The notes under the pieces are model-generated. The model worked only from the letters and a program-made list of their open reading frames with translations, was not told the DNA's origin and searched no databases. Below are positions 36,317 through 50,200 of a stretch of DNA of 64,000 bases, piece by piece. The DNA is from Mizuhopecten yessoensis. Its lineage: Eukaryota. Position numbers and translations under genes: made by a program. Location of the stretch: NCBI RefSeq assembly GCF_002113885.1, contig NW_018408919.1, positions 1,640,987-1,704,986 on the forward strand. Reading direction: 5' to 3'. How positions within the stretch are numbered: position 1 is the stretch's first letter; every line of letters starts with the position of its first letter.

Positions 36317-39300
36317 TTAAATGGTGCAAGGTACCTAAAGGAGCCGAACATTATATTATTAGTATGGCTGTTATGACTGACAGACACTTAAGCCTACCTA
36401 CTTAATTTACACAGTATTACAGTATAGATTACATGATAATGAAAAATGATGTCAATTGTTTTGGGGACAAACATAGGATTACTGTATCTTTTGTCTGATA
36501 ATTTTCCTCGAAGGAATTGACATTCCTTACAACGACAGCTATTCTCCTCATATTTTGACAGTTAGTCTATATAAATGGATTTTGTTTTATCTCGTTAATA
36601 ATGGGAAAAGTACTTGTGATAATAGTGTTTATAATTGACATGCGACTAGAGTTTCTTCAAATGAAGCTAGTAACCGATGACTATCGTCGTCTTGGATGAA
36701 ACGTACGACCCCCCAAGCTCACCTTACCTGTTCGATCAAACATTTGCATAAAATCACGAAATCACGAAATCAAGAAGCGTTTAAGGCGCTAATCATTTTT
36801 TAAATGTGAATTTCCATTTTTTTACCAGGTGACTGAATTGTATTTTTATCACAGGATTCTTGAACACAAACATGCACTATAGTATGCTGTGGTCCCTGAA
36901 ATTGCCTTGCTGTAGTTATTTTACAGACACCTGTTGTTATCTATATGGATGAACCTGTTACAATTTGGCGTAAAACGTAAAGAAAAAATCCTGAATTTTA
37001 ATCAATTAAATAGATTACATTCTTTTTTCGTCGATAGTAATTCTTAGTGCCAAACACAATACATTCTGGGTAAAATGTATGACTAACTTCTCCACTTCTT
37101 GTACATTATGGACAGAAATAAATATTATATATTTCCCAAGTTAATTATGACATACAAACTGTTTTGATATGGTATCTACCTTTGTCAAAGGTAGCATAAA
37201 CAACTGTGCGGTGTCCTGACTCCACATGTGGTGTAACGTCAGTGAAGGCAAATTCGTCACATTAGATAGGGTTTCTGTTAATAATTCGACCAAATAGGCA
37301 TGTATCTAAATGCCGACGAGCACCAATACAGAAGAAGATTCGAATAAAATGCCTATAAATAAACATTGTTGTAAACACGCCTGCATGACGTCACGCAGCA
37401 ACATTTGTGACGTCATCAGGCCTTCCGTGGTTTTGCTCAAAAGTGCAGGCAGTTTCACCACCTTCAAATATTTAACTAATTAAATTTACATGTAATCTAA
37501 GTGTTTAGATGTAAATTGATTAATGCTTTTTGAGAAAGATGACGGGTATCGGCTGAAATGATGTCAATTTACATGATACGCAATAAAGACTCTCNATATT
37601 ATATTTTTCATCGGGTCAGGATGAGAGGGTCCAGGGCTTTCAACGATCGCCCCCCCCGTCTTTTTGGATAATTTGTCACATGTACGTGTCTGATAGTCTT
37701 GCACGTCAACGGGAAACATCTGACAAATTAAAACGATTTTCTTGGGCTTGAAAACGTATTCAACAAAGACTGTCCGGCCAGGTGTTGTAAATGTACTTAC
37801 TTTTTCATGTAAAAATCAGTCTTTCGTAACTGTCGGTCTCTACGTACAATCAGCATGCGATTGTACAGCAGCACTTTTAGGCCGACAACAAAACCCTTTA
37901 AGATATTTCAATTTAAGTGTTGTAAGATTGTTGAACGTAAGACGCAAACAATACTTTTAAAAAGATACTGGTTGATTGTATTCTAAATACACATCGCATG
38001 GGAAATGGAATCTTTCCGATCGTCATTTCCATAAACACCCAGTGGAAAGTCAGTACATTGTACAAAACAATTTACTAAATTTACACTAAATAACAACCAA
38101 CTGGCCTCAGATTAATGAGTTTAGTTGACGAGATGTCCGTCGCACAGACCAAATTTTTAAGATTCGTTGTGTTACAAGATATTTCATAACTGTTTTGATT
38201 AAAAGTAGCTTTTCCCTTCTTATACCTCTTTTTGTCAAAAATACGAAATACGCCGTGGCCATCACAACAGTTATGCCTTGGAGGGCCTCATGGCAAAATC
38301 AAACTAACCAGTCACCTATCCCTTCCTATCGCATAAACCACTGTATAATTATAGAAACACAAAGTAAACTCTCTCCTATACATGCCCATTAACATATTAA
38401 ACTAAGTTCATCTGTGTTCAAACTCACACAATGATACTACTACTAATTGGTATGATATAATTATATTGCTGAATTAAACGGGTTTTTTTTTTGACATGCA
38501 AGATTTAGATTAGTACTAATATGAATACCCGGCCCCCTCTGGCGCGACGACGCAATATATAAAAAAAATCGCTCTTCGTCAGAAAGCTACGTTATCGCAG
38601 CTAGATTAAAAATGTCAAAATGACGGACCATGATGAATAACTGAGGAAGGAGAACCTACTTCTAGTAAATAGGATCGCATAATATTTTTTTTTAAATCGT
38701 AATTTTTCAACAGTTCATGTTTTCATATGATGTTGACTTAGAATGTATGATCATGTAACAACCTTTTCTCTATAAAGAATTAATTTTCGACTTCAGGTAG
38801 AATCGGAATACGTATTGAAAAACAAGGGGGGAAATATATTATTACGTTGTAAAAATGGCGCGTGCTGCCGATAACTACGGTTTCTGTTTCGGACAAAAGG
38901 AACTGATTAAAGAAAGGTTGTGTCTCAACATAAAAAAGGTCCATTTACAATTATCCTATAATCTCTGTAAAGTATTGAAAAAATATTAGTATCAAGTATC
39001 TCAACACTTTCCATATCTGACACATATTGTACATGTACACGTAGTGGTTTTGCCATACAGTTTATTGTGGGTGATGGCTAATATAACTTACTAAGTGTTA
39101 GCGTATGGAGACAGTGAAAGTGGGAAAGAGAGTATACATACATTTATATGCATGGTCTAGAAAAAATAATTGGCCAAAGACATTGAGTTGTACAATGTAA
39201 CAAATAAATTCACAAACGTTTCTCTTTTTTATACGCGTGTAGCTTGTCATTGCATATATGCACTTTATGTAAACATTTGAAAAGGGATATTCGTCTCGTC

Positions 39301-40892
39301 AATATTCCTTTTTACAGAAAGGTTTGTCCCATGGTTGAGGGAAGGTGTTTAGCCCCGTACCATCTGTACCGGTCACATTCCGGTACTTAATTCAATATAT
39401 ATTTATATATATATACTTTATGTTTATGCCTATTATCATTGTTGACATTTAATTGTAAATGTATGACGGGAGAAGGCTGTGATAAATTGTAAAAACTTGT
39501 GCCCCCATCCCTAGTTCAATTTTATTGGCACCGAATATATGTTTGAAGCTAAATACATTTAAATTCTGAATATTGGCAAATGTGCAATTAACTTCTGATG
39601 ATGAACAATTACTGTTCAATAAGTTTGAATACGGACTTAGAAATCATATTACTTGGTTTCATAGTGCGGTAAGAAGTTTCAGTTGCCTAACGGCCCCTCT
39701 CTGGGGGCCCCTATGGAAACCGTTTCATCTCGCTCACATGTACACCACTTGTGTTTACAGCCTAGTCAGGTGACGTTTTCGGCGCTATTTTTAACAGGGT
39801 TTTCCCGAACAATTCAAGTGGTCAAACTGGACATTTGGAACGGACTATGAATATGGGGATAGCGGGGTAACATAAGTGGAAGTGCATACAATACATACAT
39901 TCATTAAAAAAATATGGCTCTTCACGTGATGTCCCTTTAATGATAATATGATTTGCCATCGAGCTATGTGGCTATTTACAGCTCTTGTTGAACGTAACTG
40001 TGAAACTAAAAGCATATATTCCGAGTGTTTTATTGTGGAAACCTGTGTCTTGTGTCATGCCATATTATAAAAGTTGACATTTTGTTACACCACACATGTA
40101 CGTGTATATGAGTAGAGAAATAAGGAGCTTCAGCAGTCTGGTTGAATTACATTATAAACCTGGTCAATCCCTACCGAAACCAGTTCTAACAACTTTATGA
40201 ACTTCTCCGTTTTGGTCTCCGAATTCAGATTTGACTCTATTTCACTTCCTTAATTGTTAGAATAAAACCAACCTCAAAACGAAAAATGTACATTTCTATT
40301 AATTTAGCATGATAAATATATATGGTAAATGCTTACCTTCTGGACAGGTTCAGCTGTACGAAAACATACACAGGAGTTTGACTTTTAAAAGTAGAACCAG
40401 CACATTCTAAGGACAGCTAGCTCACGTTTGGTGAAGTTAAGAAGACATTGACCAAAGTTTAAGAAACTACCTCAAAATCGAATGTTGATTCCTGCTACCA
40501 CGGAATTGGATCTAAGTCCGTGCTGATACGCACAATTGAGGGTATTTATTTCAAAAAATTTAAACATATTTACATACAAAGGATAGGTTTGTACGTACGG
40601 CATGAGTAACTATTATCACAAAGGTACAGTGTATATCAATGTGGTGTCGTTAGCAAGCAATTATTGACAAACTTTAAAAAAAACCTCAATGATTGCCTAT
40701 ATAAAGGAATGTATTGATGATGTAACATATACCTTATACAGTGTAGTTACAGTATAAAGTGATTTAAAACTCCATTATGTTTCGTTCTTAAAGTGAATGT
40801 GTATATATGTACAGAAAACATTTGTTTTGCATTTCCTTTTGAGTGCCTCGTCAGTCCACTTGTTGTTATTATGAACTCATCTTTAGTTTTGA

Positions 40893-41568
40893 TTTTTAGC
40901 TCACCTGCCCGAAGGTCAAGTGAGCTTATGCCATGGTGCGGCGTCCGTCGTCCGTCCGTCGTCCGTCTGTCCGGCGTCAACTTTTTACTTTTAAACAACT
41001 TCTTCTCAATAACCAAAAGGCCCAGGGTACTGATATTAGGCCTGTAGCATGCTGGTATGAAGGGCTACAAAGTTTGTTAAAATAAATGACCTTGACCCTC
41101 TTTCAAGGTCAAAGGGGTCAAATGTCGTAAAATCTTCAAACGACTTCTTCTCAATAACCAAAAGATCCAGGGAACTGATATTGGGCCTGTAGCATGCTCG
41201 GATGAAGGGCTACCAAGTTTGTAAAAATGAATGACCTTAACCAATTTTCAAGGTCACAGGGGTCAAATGTTTTAAAATCTTCAAACAACTTCTCAATAAT
41301 CAAAAGGCCCAGGGTCCTGAAATTAGGTCTGTAGCATGCTAGGATGAAGGACTACCAAGTTTGTTCAAATGAATGACGTTGATCCACTTTCAACCTGATG
41401 TCCTTGTTCGACATTCAAGGTCACAGGCGTCTTTTTTAAAATCTTTTAATAGGTTCTTAAGAATCAAACATTGATATTCTGCCTGTAGCTGTATTTTAGT
41501 CCACTTTTAAGATTACAAGTGTGAGATTAATACCAGGTGAGCGATGCAGGCCCATTGGACCTCTTGTT
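40893..41568 (+). mobile_element. HINE with 3 x 145-bp internal repeats
   Basis: TTTTTAGCTCACCTG start, (CGTC)n microsatellite, units at 40998/41143/41288, CAGGTGAGCG..GGCCCATTGGACCTCTTGTT end; inserted in a T-run with no clear TSD. Confidence 0.85.
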
Positions 41569-43232
41569 CACTTTTCTGGTGACGCCGAGGAACAGTTTCA
41601 TATTTCCTTGCAATGGATATGTTGAAAATATATAAGAAATATTGAATGTTATATATCACCCAAATTACATCTGTCAAAAATCCTATTACCTATAGGTTGA
41701 CAGATGGAATTTGGGTTATATATAACATTCAATATTTCTTATATATTTTCAATCTCTCTCAAATTCCGTACTCGCTTATCAAAATCATATATCATGGATA
41801 TCCACCGATACAATGTTTTGTTAGCCGAGTAAAAACCCCTTGAAATATATCGAAACGCTCAATCAACTCGCGCAGTCTGAGATGTCAGATAAACAAATAC
41901 GATTAGTGTTGCCTACATATTTTCAAGGAGATAGCACTGGTCATCAAGCTAGCCATATTTAAGTCCTTTTCTATGATATCTAGTGATAATAATCGTATAT
42001 CAGTACTAAGGGGGACGCAACTTTTATGAAATTTCTGGATAATGACATTCAATTACATTTGGGTTTTAAAATGATAGTGTACTTCACTGATTTAAACTAT
42101 TTGACTATGCAAACTCAAAGACATATATTTACATTTGCATGGCATTGTCACTATATAGCCTCTTTGAAAGCTGTGTCGTTGATAGGACTTTAATTACCAT
42201 GCCGCACGAGACATAATTACCATGCCGCACGAGACACAATTCTTAGCGTATTAATTACAACACTGACCGGAACTACAATATCCAATGTAAATAAACATGA
42301 CGGCTGCTGAAATATCGCTGGGCATTGTGAGATTTGATAATGTCATTGTAAATTTATGTGCAAAATAAAAAATAAAATAAAAAACACTTTTATTACAACG
42401 AAAACAAGACCAAGGTCTGCAATATCGTACAAAATGCACATCGGTTGAAATCACCAATGCCGGCAATGGAAACAATTTTAACGCTCATGCAATTTATCAG
42501 AATATCGTCTGTTACACTGCACTGATCAACAGGGGCTCGTTATAAATGTCTGAAATACACATATTCTATAGACCTATTGAGTCATATGTTACAGACCTAC
42601 TGATATGAGTCACAGCACACATAAACATTTGTCATTTCAGACATTTGTAACGAACCTGTGCTCCGTCGCAAGATCACTCACTTCAAACGCTATCAGTTTC
42701 ACGCGTCTCGGATCCACGGTTCCTCAGTTTCAGACGACATGTCAAATAACGATGCTGTTATAGAATCTACCGACTGTTGTCGGGTTCCCATACAATCAAC
42801 AAATACATTCACGCCTGGATTCTTCACAAAATGAGCAAAGAGAAAAGTTCGAATTAACTTCCAAAAATAACTCCCTCGTTGAGGTCAAGGTTCCATTCAC
42901 GGTGTTCACTGTATTTATCCATGCGCGAAATTTGTTCCGGGGGAAAATCGAAACAATTTCAAATCTAACTTTCAGCTCAGATTTCTATTGAAAAACTGGA
43001 ATCACCCTATAGACATATCATACGCAATTGTATTGATACTAAATTGTGGAATAAATTTGAAGTGTTTGTTAAAATGTCAAAGTACTACTTTGTTTGCCAA
43101 TCAGCACGCGACAAAACGCTGTTCAAACTATTGAACGAAATTGTGTGAACTGTCGATAAGGCGGGCATTTTTAATTTTTAATTATAAATTATAAGTTAAA
43201 AAAGAACATAAGAGGCAGAGAAAACGTAAATA

Positions 43233-43394
43233 TAAGTATTGAACTGTTTTTGTATGATATTTATGATCTATTTGAATGACACAGCTTTGCAAGCAAACAA
43301 ATCATAATGCGCTAGCGCGCACTATGTTGTTTGCTTGCAAAGCTGTGTCATTGAAATAGATCATAAATACCATACAAAAACAGTTCAATGCTTA
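43233..43394. repeat. Long near-perfect palindrome (~75-bp arms)
   Basis: TAAG.ATTGAACTGTTTTTGTATG.TATTTATGATCTATTT.AATGACACAGCTTTGCAAGCAAACAA and its reverse complement surround GCGCTAGCGC. Confidence 0.9.
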
Positions 43395-44905
43395 AATAGA
43401 CCTCACAAGCTTGATCATTTACATTATACAAATAAATCCAGGTATTGACCGAAGTTAAAGGCTACAATTGTTTTATTATTTTACAAAACAGTAATGTAAG
43501 CAATCTAAAAAGAAAACACAACAAAAAAGCTTCGGAAGTGGGACGGTGCATTGTTTGGAGACACGTCATAATTCTATTTTTAGAAACACCCAGTCCTTCA
43601 ACAAAAATCACGCGCTCTAAATCAATATCGTTTTTTATCGGTGGACACTTGATGCACTCCTGGCCAATCATTTGTCGGGAGTAATATGAAAAAATTATAA
43701 TCTTCAATTTCAATGAAACGATATTGACAGATCAAGTAAGCACTCCAGTAATCATCTTCACTTAAACAAATTATTTAGAGCTATTCGTGGTGTTTCATAA
43801 AAATGCTTTAACCATAATTTCACATGACGTCATTTGTATTACAAGTGATTTAAAGCTCTATTATGTTTCGTTCATAACGTGATGTGTATTAATGTACAGA
43901 CAACATTTTTTTTTTGTTTTTTTTGTTGTTTTTCATTTAATTTTGAGTGCCTCGTCACTCCACTTGTCGTCATTATGCACTCATCTTTAGTTTTGATTTT
44001 GTACTTTTCTGTAGACGCCGAGGAACACTTTCATATTTCCTTGCAATGGATATGTTGCTTATTCCGAGTGTTTTATTGTGGAAACCTGTGTCTTGTGTCA
44101 TGCCATATTATAGAAGTTGACATTTTGTTACACCACACATGTACGTGTTTATGAGTAGAGAAACAAGGAGCTTCAGCACTCTGGTGGAATTACATTATTA
44201 ACCTGGTCAATCCCTTCCGAAACCAGTACTAACAACTTAATGAACTTCCCCGGTTTGGTCTCCGAATTCAGATTTGACTCTATTTCACTTCCTTAATTGT
44301 TAGAATAAAACCAACCTCAAAACGAAAAATGTACATTTCAATTAATTTAGCATGATAAATATATACGGTAGATGCTTACCTTCTGGACAGGTTCAGCTGT
44401 ACGAAAACATACACAGGAGTTTGACTTTTAAAAGTAGAACCAGCACATTCTAAGGACAGCTAAGAAATTACCTCAAAATCGAATGTTGATCCTGCTACCA
44501 CGGAATTTGATCTAAGTCCGTGCTGATACGCACAATTGAGGGTATTTATTTCAAAAGATTTAAACATATTTACATACAAAGGATAGGTTTTTACGTACGG
44601 CATGAGTAACTATAATCACAAAGGTACATTGCATATCAATGTGGTGTCCTTCTAACGTATCATTAGTAAGCAATTATTGTCAAACTTTAAAAAAAAATTC
44701 AATGATTGCCTATATAAAGGAATGTATTGATGATGTAACATATACCTTATACAGTGTAGTTACAGTATAAAGTGATTTAAAACTCCATTATGTTTCGTTC
44801 TTAAAGTGAATGTGTATATATGTACAGATAACATTTGTTTTGCATTTAATTTTGAGTGCCTCGTCAGTCCACTTGTTGTTATTATGAACTCATCTTTAGT
44901 TTTGA

Positions 44906-46014
44906 TTTTTAGCTCACCTGCCCGAAGGGCAAGTGAGCTTATGCCATGGTGCGGCGTCCGTCGTCCGTCCGTCGTCCGTCTGTCCGGCGTCAACTTTTTA
45001 CTTTTAAACAACTTCTTCTCAATAACCAAAAGGCCCAGGGTACTGATATTAGGCCTGTAGCATGCTGGTATGAAGGGCTACAAAGTTTGTTAAAATAAAT
45101 GACCTTGACCCTCTTTCAAGGTCAAAGGGGTCAAATATGTTAAAATCTTCAAACGACTTCTTCTCAATAACCGAAAGGCCCAGGGTACTGATATTAGGCC
45201 TGTAGCATGCTGGGATGAAGGGTTACTAAGTTTGTTCAAATGAATGACATTGACCCACTTTCAAGGTCACTGGGGTCAGGTGTCTTAAAATCTTCAAACA
45301 ACTTCTTCTCAATAACCAAAAGGCTCAGAGTACTTATATTGGGCCTGTAGCATGCTGGGATAAAGGGCTACCAAGTTTGTTCAAACGAATGACCTTGACC
45401 CACTTTCAAGGTCACTGAGGTCAGATGTCTTAAAATCTTCAAACAACTTCTTCTCAATAACCAAAAGGCCCAGGGTACTGATATTGGGCCCGTAGCATGA
45501 TGGGGTGAAGGGCTACCAAGTTTTGTTCAAATGAATGACCTTGACCAACTTTCAAGGTCAAAGGGGTCAAATGTAAAATATTCAAACGACTTCCTTTCAA
45601 TAACCAAAAGACCCAGGGTACTGATATTGGGCCTGTAGCATGCTGGGATAAAGGGCTACCAAGTTTGTTAAAATGGATGACCTTAACCAATTTTCAAGGT
45701 CACAGGGGTCAAATGTTTTAAAATCTTCAAACAACTTCTCAATAACCAAAAGGCCCAAGGTCCTGAAATTAGTCCTGTAGCATGCTGGGATGAAGGACTA
45801 CCAAGTTTGTTCAAATGAATGACCTTGATCCACTTTCAACCTGATGTCCTTGTTCGACATTCAAGGTCACAGGCGTCTTCTTTAAAATCTTTTAATAGGT
45901 TCTTAAGAATCAAACATTGATATTCTGCCTGTAGCTGTATTTCAGTCCACTTTTAAGATTACAAGTGTGAGATTAATACCAGGTGAGCGATGCAGGCCCA
46001 TTGGACCTCTTGTT
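44906..46014 (+). mobile_element. Duplicated HINE with 6 x 145-bp internal repeats
   Basis: Same ends and flanks as 40893-41568; units at 45011, 45156, 45301, 45446, 45589 and 45734. Confidence 0.87.
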
Positions 46015-47255
46015 CACTTTTCTGGTGACGCCGAGGAACAGTTTCATATTTCCTTGCAATGGATATGTTGAAAATATATAAGAAATATAGAATGTTATAT
46101 ATAACCCAAATTACATCTGTCAAAAATCATATTACCTATAGGTACTCGCTTATCAAAATCATATATCATGGATATCCACCGATACAATGTTTTGTTAGCC
46201 GAGTAAAAACCCCTTGAAATGTATCGAAACGCTCAATCAACTCGCGCAGTCTGAGATGTCAGATAAACAAATACGATTAGTGTTGCCTACATATTTTCAA
46301 GGAGATAGCACTGGTCATCAAGCTATCCATATTTAAGTCCTTTTCTGTGATATCTAGTGATAATAATCGTATATCAGTACTAAGGGGGACGCAACTATTA
46401 TCAAATTTCTAGATAATGACATTCAATTACATTTGGGTTTTAAAATCATAGTGTACTTCACTGATTTAAACTATTTGACTATGCAAACTCAAAGACATAA
46501 AGACCTCACAAGCTTGATCATTTACATTATATGAATATATCCAGGTATTGACCGAAGTTAAAGGCTACAATTGTTTTATTATTTTACAAAACAGTAATGT
46601 AAGCAATCTCAAAAAAAAAAAAAAAAAGCTTCGGAAGGGGGACGGGGCATTGTTTGGAGACACGTCATAATTCTATTTTTAGAAACATCCAGTCCTTCAA
46701 CAAAAATCACTCGCTCCAAGTCAATATCGTTTTTTATCGGTGGACACTTGATGCACTCCTGGCCAATCACTTGTCGGAAATAATATGAAAAAATTATAAT
46801 CTTCAATATCAATGAAACGATATTGACAGATCAAGTAAGCACTCCAGTAATCATTGTCACTTAAATTATTTAGAGCTATTCGTGGTGTTTCATAAAAATG
46901 CTTTAACCATAATTTCATATGACGATATTTGTATTACAAGTGATTAAAAGCTCTATTATGTTTCGTTCATAACGTGATGTGTATAAATGTACAGACATTT
47001 TTGTGGGTTTTTTGTTGTTTTTCATTTAATTTTGAGTGCCTCGTCACTCCACTTGTTGTCATTATGCACTCATCTTTAGTTTTGATTTTGTACTTTTCTG
47101 TAGACGCCGAGGAATACTTTCATATTTCCTTGCAATGGATATGTTGCTTTTGTTGAGAAAATGAAGAAGTAGGAGAGGAAGTCTTTTTAAACGCCTAGCA
47201 TTTTTACCACTTAAATACACAAAGATGATGTCCAAACTCGCGCTATAGTCAGCAG

Positions 47256-50200
47256 TTACACAATGCCTCGTTTCTTAAGCAACAATACTATTTTCTGGAG
47301 AATGTCATAATCTGGCGCCATTACGTCTTCTGACATGGTACTTTGTGCGTCCTCTTCTCGCTCCTCGCCTACACCGGAAAATGAAGCTGGGCGTTTACCA
47401 CACCCAGGCACAACTGAAGTTAAATTAAAACAAATCTTAATTTCATATTGATAATGAAGTAAACGTTGTTGACTCTATAGATATTTCATAGTTAGAATAA
47501 AGTATTTTTATTTCCCGTTCTTTGTGTCTAACAATTGATAAAATGATTAATGCAAAGTTATATAGCAAACGTCTTTGACATCATAAGCTGATAACTAATT
47601 TCTCGGGTATAAACAAAAATATGTTCCCCGCTATGCAAACATCTCGCACATATACAACCACGCAAACATACCTCCTTCAACCATGTTCTCGGCGACGTGA
47701 GCTTGGTCAGAAATTTTAAGGGCAACATAAAATTCCTCAAATCCAGATTCTTTTGTACAAAGCACATCTACAAGTCGTAAAATCCTCTCTATTCTTCCAG
47801 ACGGTGCCAAGACATACTCGGACAGTCGAGGAGATATCACAGATTTCGTCACCAGATGAGGGAGCACCAATGGAACATCAAGCATATTGTCGCACAGATA
47901 TGATACATTTTGAAGAAGTTTCTCCTTTTCTTTTGGTACTAAAGGTTTGCCTGAATATAAGCAATACTGTAGCAGCAATACTATGAATTATGCGAGAGGT
48001 GATTACAACAATTGCGTTACGATAAGCTAACTATATCACTACCTTCATAACTGATGTGATAGGTTGGACATATGGTATAGTTGAGTCCTTGATGGCATGG
48101 ACGGAATACACCAGTATTATCCATTGGAATATGTGCGTAGGTTAATTAGCATCCACACCATCAGAGATGCAACCAAATACAGAAATTCTGAATCAGAATT
48201 ATATATGACAAATTGACATTTGTAACAAAATGGGCTGTAAATTATATAATTAATGATAAAGATTGTTACCATCATCTTATAACATGTAAGATAGCTGGTA
48301 TCGATAGGGAGCAGCACTTAACACAAAAGTACATTTGGGGTCAAATCTTAAGATTTGGGTAACACCGTGCATTGATTGACGGGGGTACTGTTGAATTGTA
48401 GATAGTGCTTTAGGGCTATATCCATCTAGTGGCGGCCAGGTCAGTAATGGATCACACACCAGCCAGGGGTAACTGTGTTTGCCATATGTCACATCTAGCA
48501 TTGTTGTTTTGGTTGGGGAAAAGATTAGAAGTTAACTTAAATTGCTGCACGAACCTCATTTCGTATGTACAGTAGGTGGTACATAATCATGAATGGTTAA
48601 TAGTGTATAGATTGTTAAAAGTACTTGGGGAGAATTCCACAGGAAATCTTAAACTGAGAGACGGGATGCGGGGTTCGGGATTGTGAGCTACTGGAGAGAG
48701 ACCAGAGAAGGCCTCGGCTGGAGGTGCCTGGGATGGCTCGGGTACAACACTTGGTGTGCCTTAGAACTACATGTATGTGTTTGATGTTGTATCGCTATAT
48801 AATCTTGTGCAGGTAGATTTGCTGTCGTGTTCCAGAAGCATGTTGTTCAGCTTGTTGTGTTACACGTTGATGCTTCATTACATCATAGTTCACCAAGTTT
48901 TCTCTGTCCCTGGACAGGTGTCTCCACACTTTTCCCGGTGAGAGATATCCTTGTCTCACACTTGGGTTTAGACAGGGGGGTTCCCAAAATCATAACCATT
49001 GCACGACGCCTGGACCGAATCTGAGAGTGCCTAATGAGGTATGCAGTTATATTCTAAGGAATATAACAATATATCATCGTTATTTAACAAGGCTTAAATC
49101 AACCAAACGTTCATCAACGAGAACAGTCAAATGAATTATATATTGCCATAGAAGTTGTGATCAAAAATGTTTCTTCTTAATTAACCATAAAGATGTTAAA
49201 TTTAATCCACCAATGAATTATTTTGAATAATAATAATATGCAACATTTGAGAAAGCGCCCTATCTAGCAAGAATAAGCCACTCTAAATCGCTTTACAGTA
49301 CAAAGGTATACCATTTATATGCAATCAATGGATTTACATTAATCAATAAAAGTTTGAGGACTTTGCAGGTGATGCCTTATCAGGCGCTTACTATTAGCCA
49401 TATTCAACATGGCTAATATCTTCCTATGTGTGTATGCCTGTATGTGTGCTATAGTGGTATTGTGTTCTGTTTGTAGTGGGACCGTGTTCCAACGGTATAA
49501 TTTATAGTGCCACCTCTCTTGAATGCTACAGCACAGATACCGCAGCATCCACCCCAGACTATTTTATACTCCACCTGGGTTGTTGGAGTTGTGTGGGCAG
49601 GAGAAAAACACTTTCTCTGAATATTCCATGCGTACAACGACTTCGGGGATCGAACCCCGGCCGCCTGCGTGGAAGGCCGGAGTGTTAAATACTTGACCAA
49701 TCCGCCCATTTTCAATGGGAGTATATAAAATATTTTTTGACAAAATCGTAATTCAACATCACTCGTGCAATGAAATTTTAGCAAGTAAATTAACTAAATT
49801 GAGACTAGAGGAAAAACAGAAATGCAAAACCAGACTTCCAATAACATAAAAGCCAGAAGTTTTGATGACATATATGGTGTAAAGTCAATAATAAAAGTCC
49901 GATACCTTTTCCCGTGTTTCCACTTGCTATATGACAAGCTTCCAAAAAGTCCCGGATGTGCACAGCTTCGGGTTTCTTCGCCCATTCTCGGATCACCTGT
50001 TGAAATTTCTCGTCTTCCTCATCGTCACCATAACGTTGGGTAATTGTCTGAAGTACGTTCTCCTCGATGTTCAAGGTTCTACCCAACATTTGGAAGTCTT
50101 TTCCTATTAATTTTCGTATAAACATCATAAAGCAAATTTCGATTTGTGACAAACTGTAGCAAATTACCATTTTTTGTCATTTAAAAAGAAATAAAAAGAA

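Larger units (their letters stand above)
40018..47150. repeat. Local tandem segmental duplication (40018-44060 vs 44061-47150)
   Basis: 40018-42122 matches 44061-46498 and 43397-44060 matches 46500-47150. The first copy carries an extra ~1.27-kb insert (42125-43396). Confidence 0.9.

Noticed and set aside
43462-43713. Duplicated ORFs 43462-43713 and 46609-46812 as an extra exon
   Set aside because: The similarity is explained by the segmental duplication. They lie downstream of the D stop codon, are not conserved beside B, and have no domain signature.
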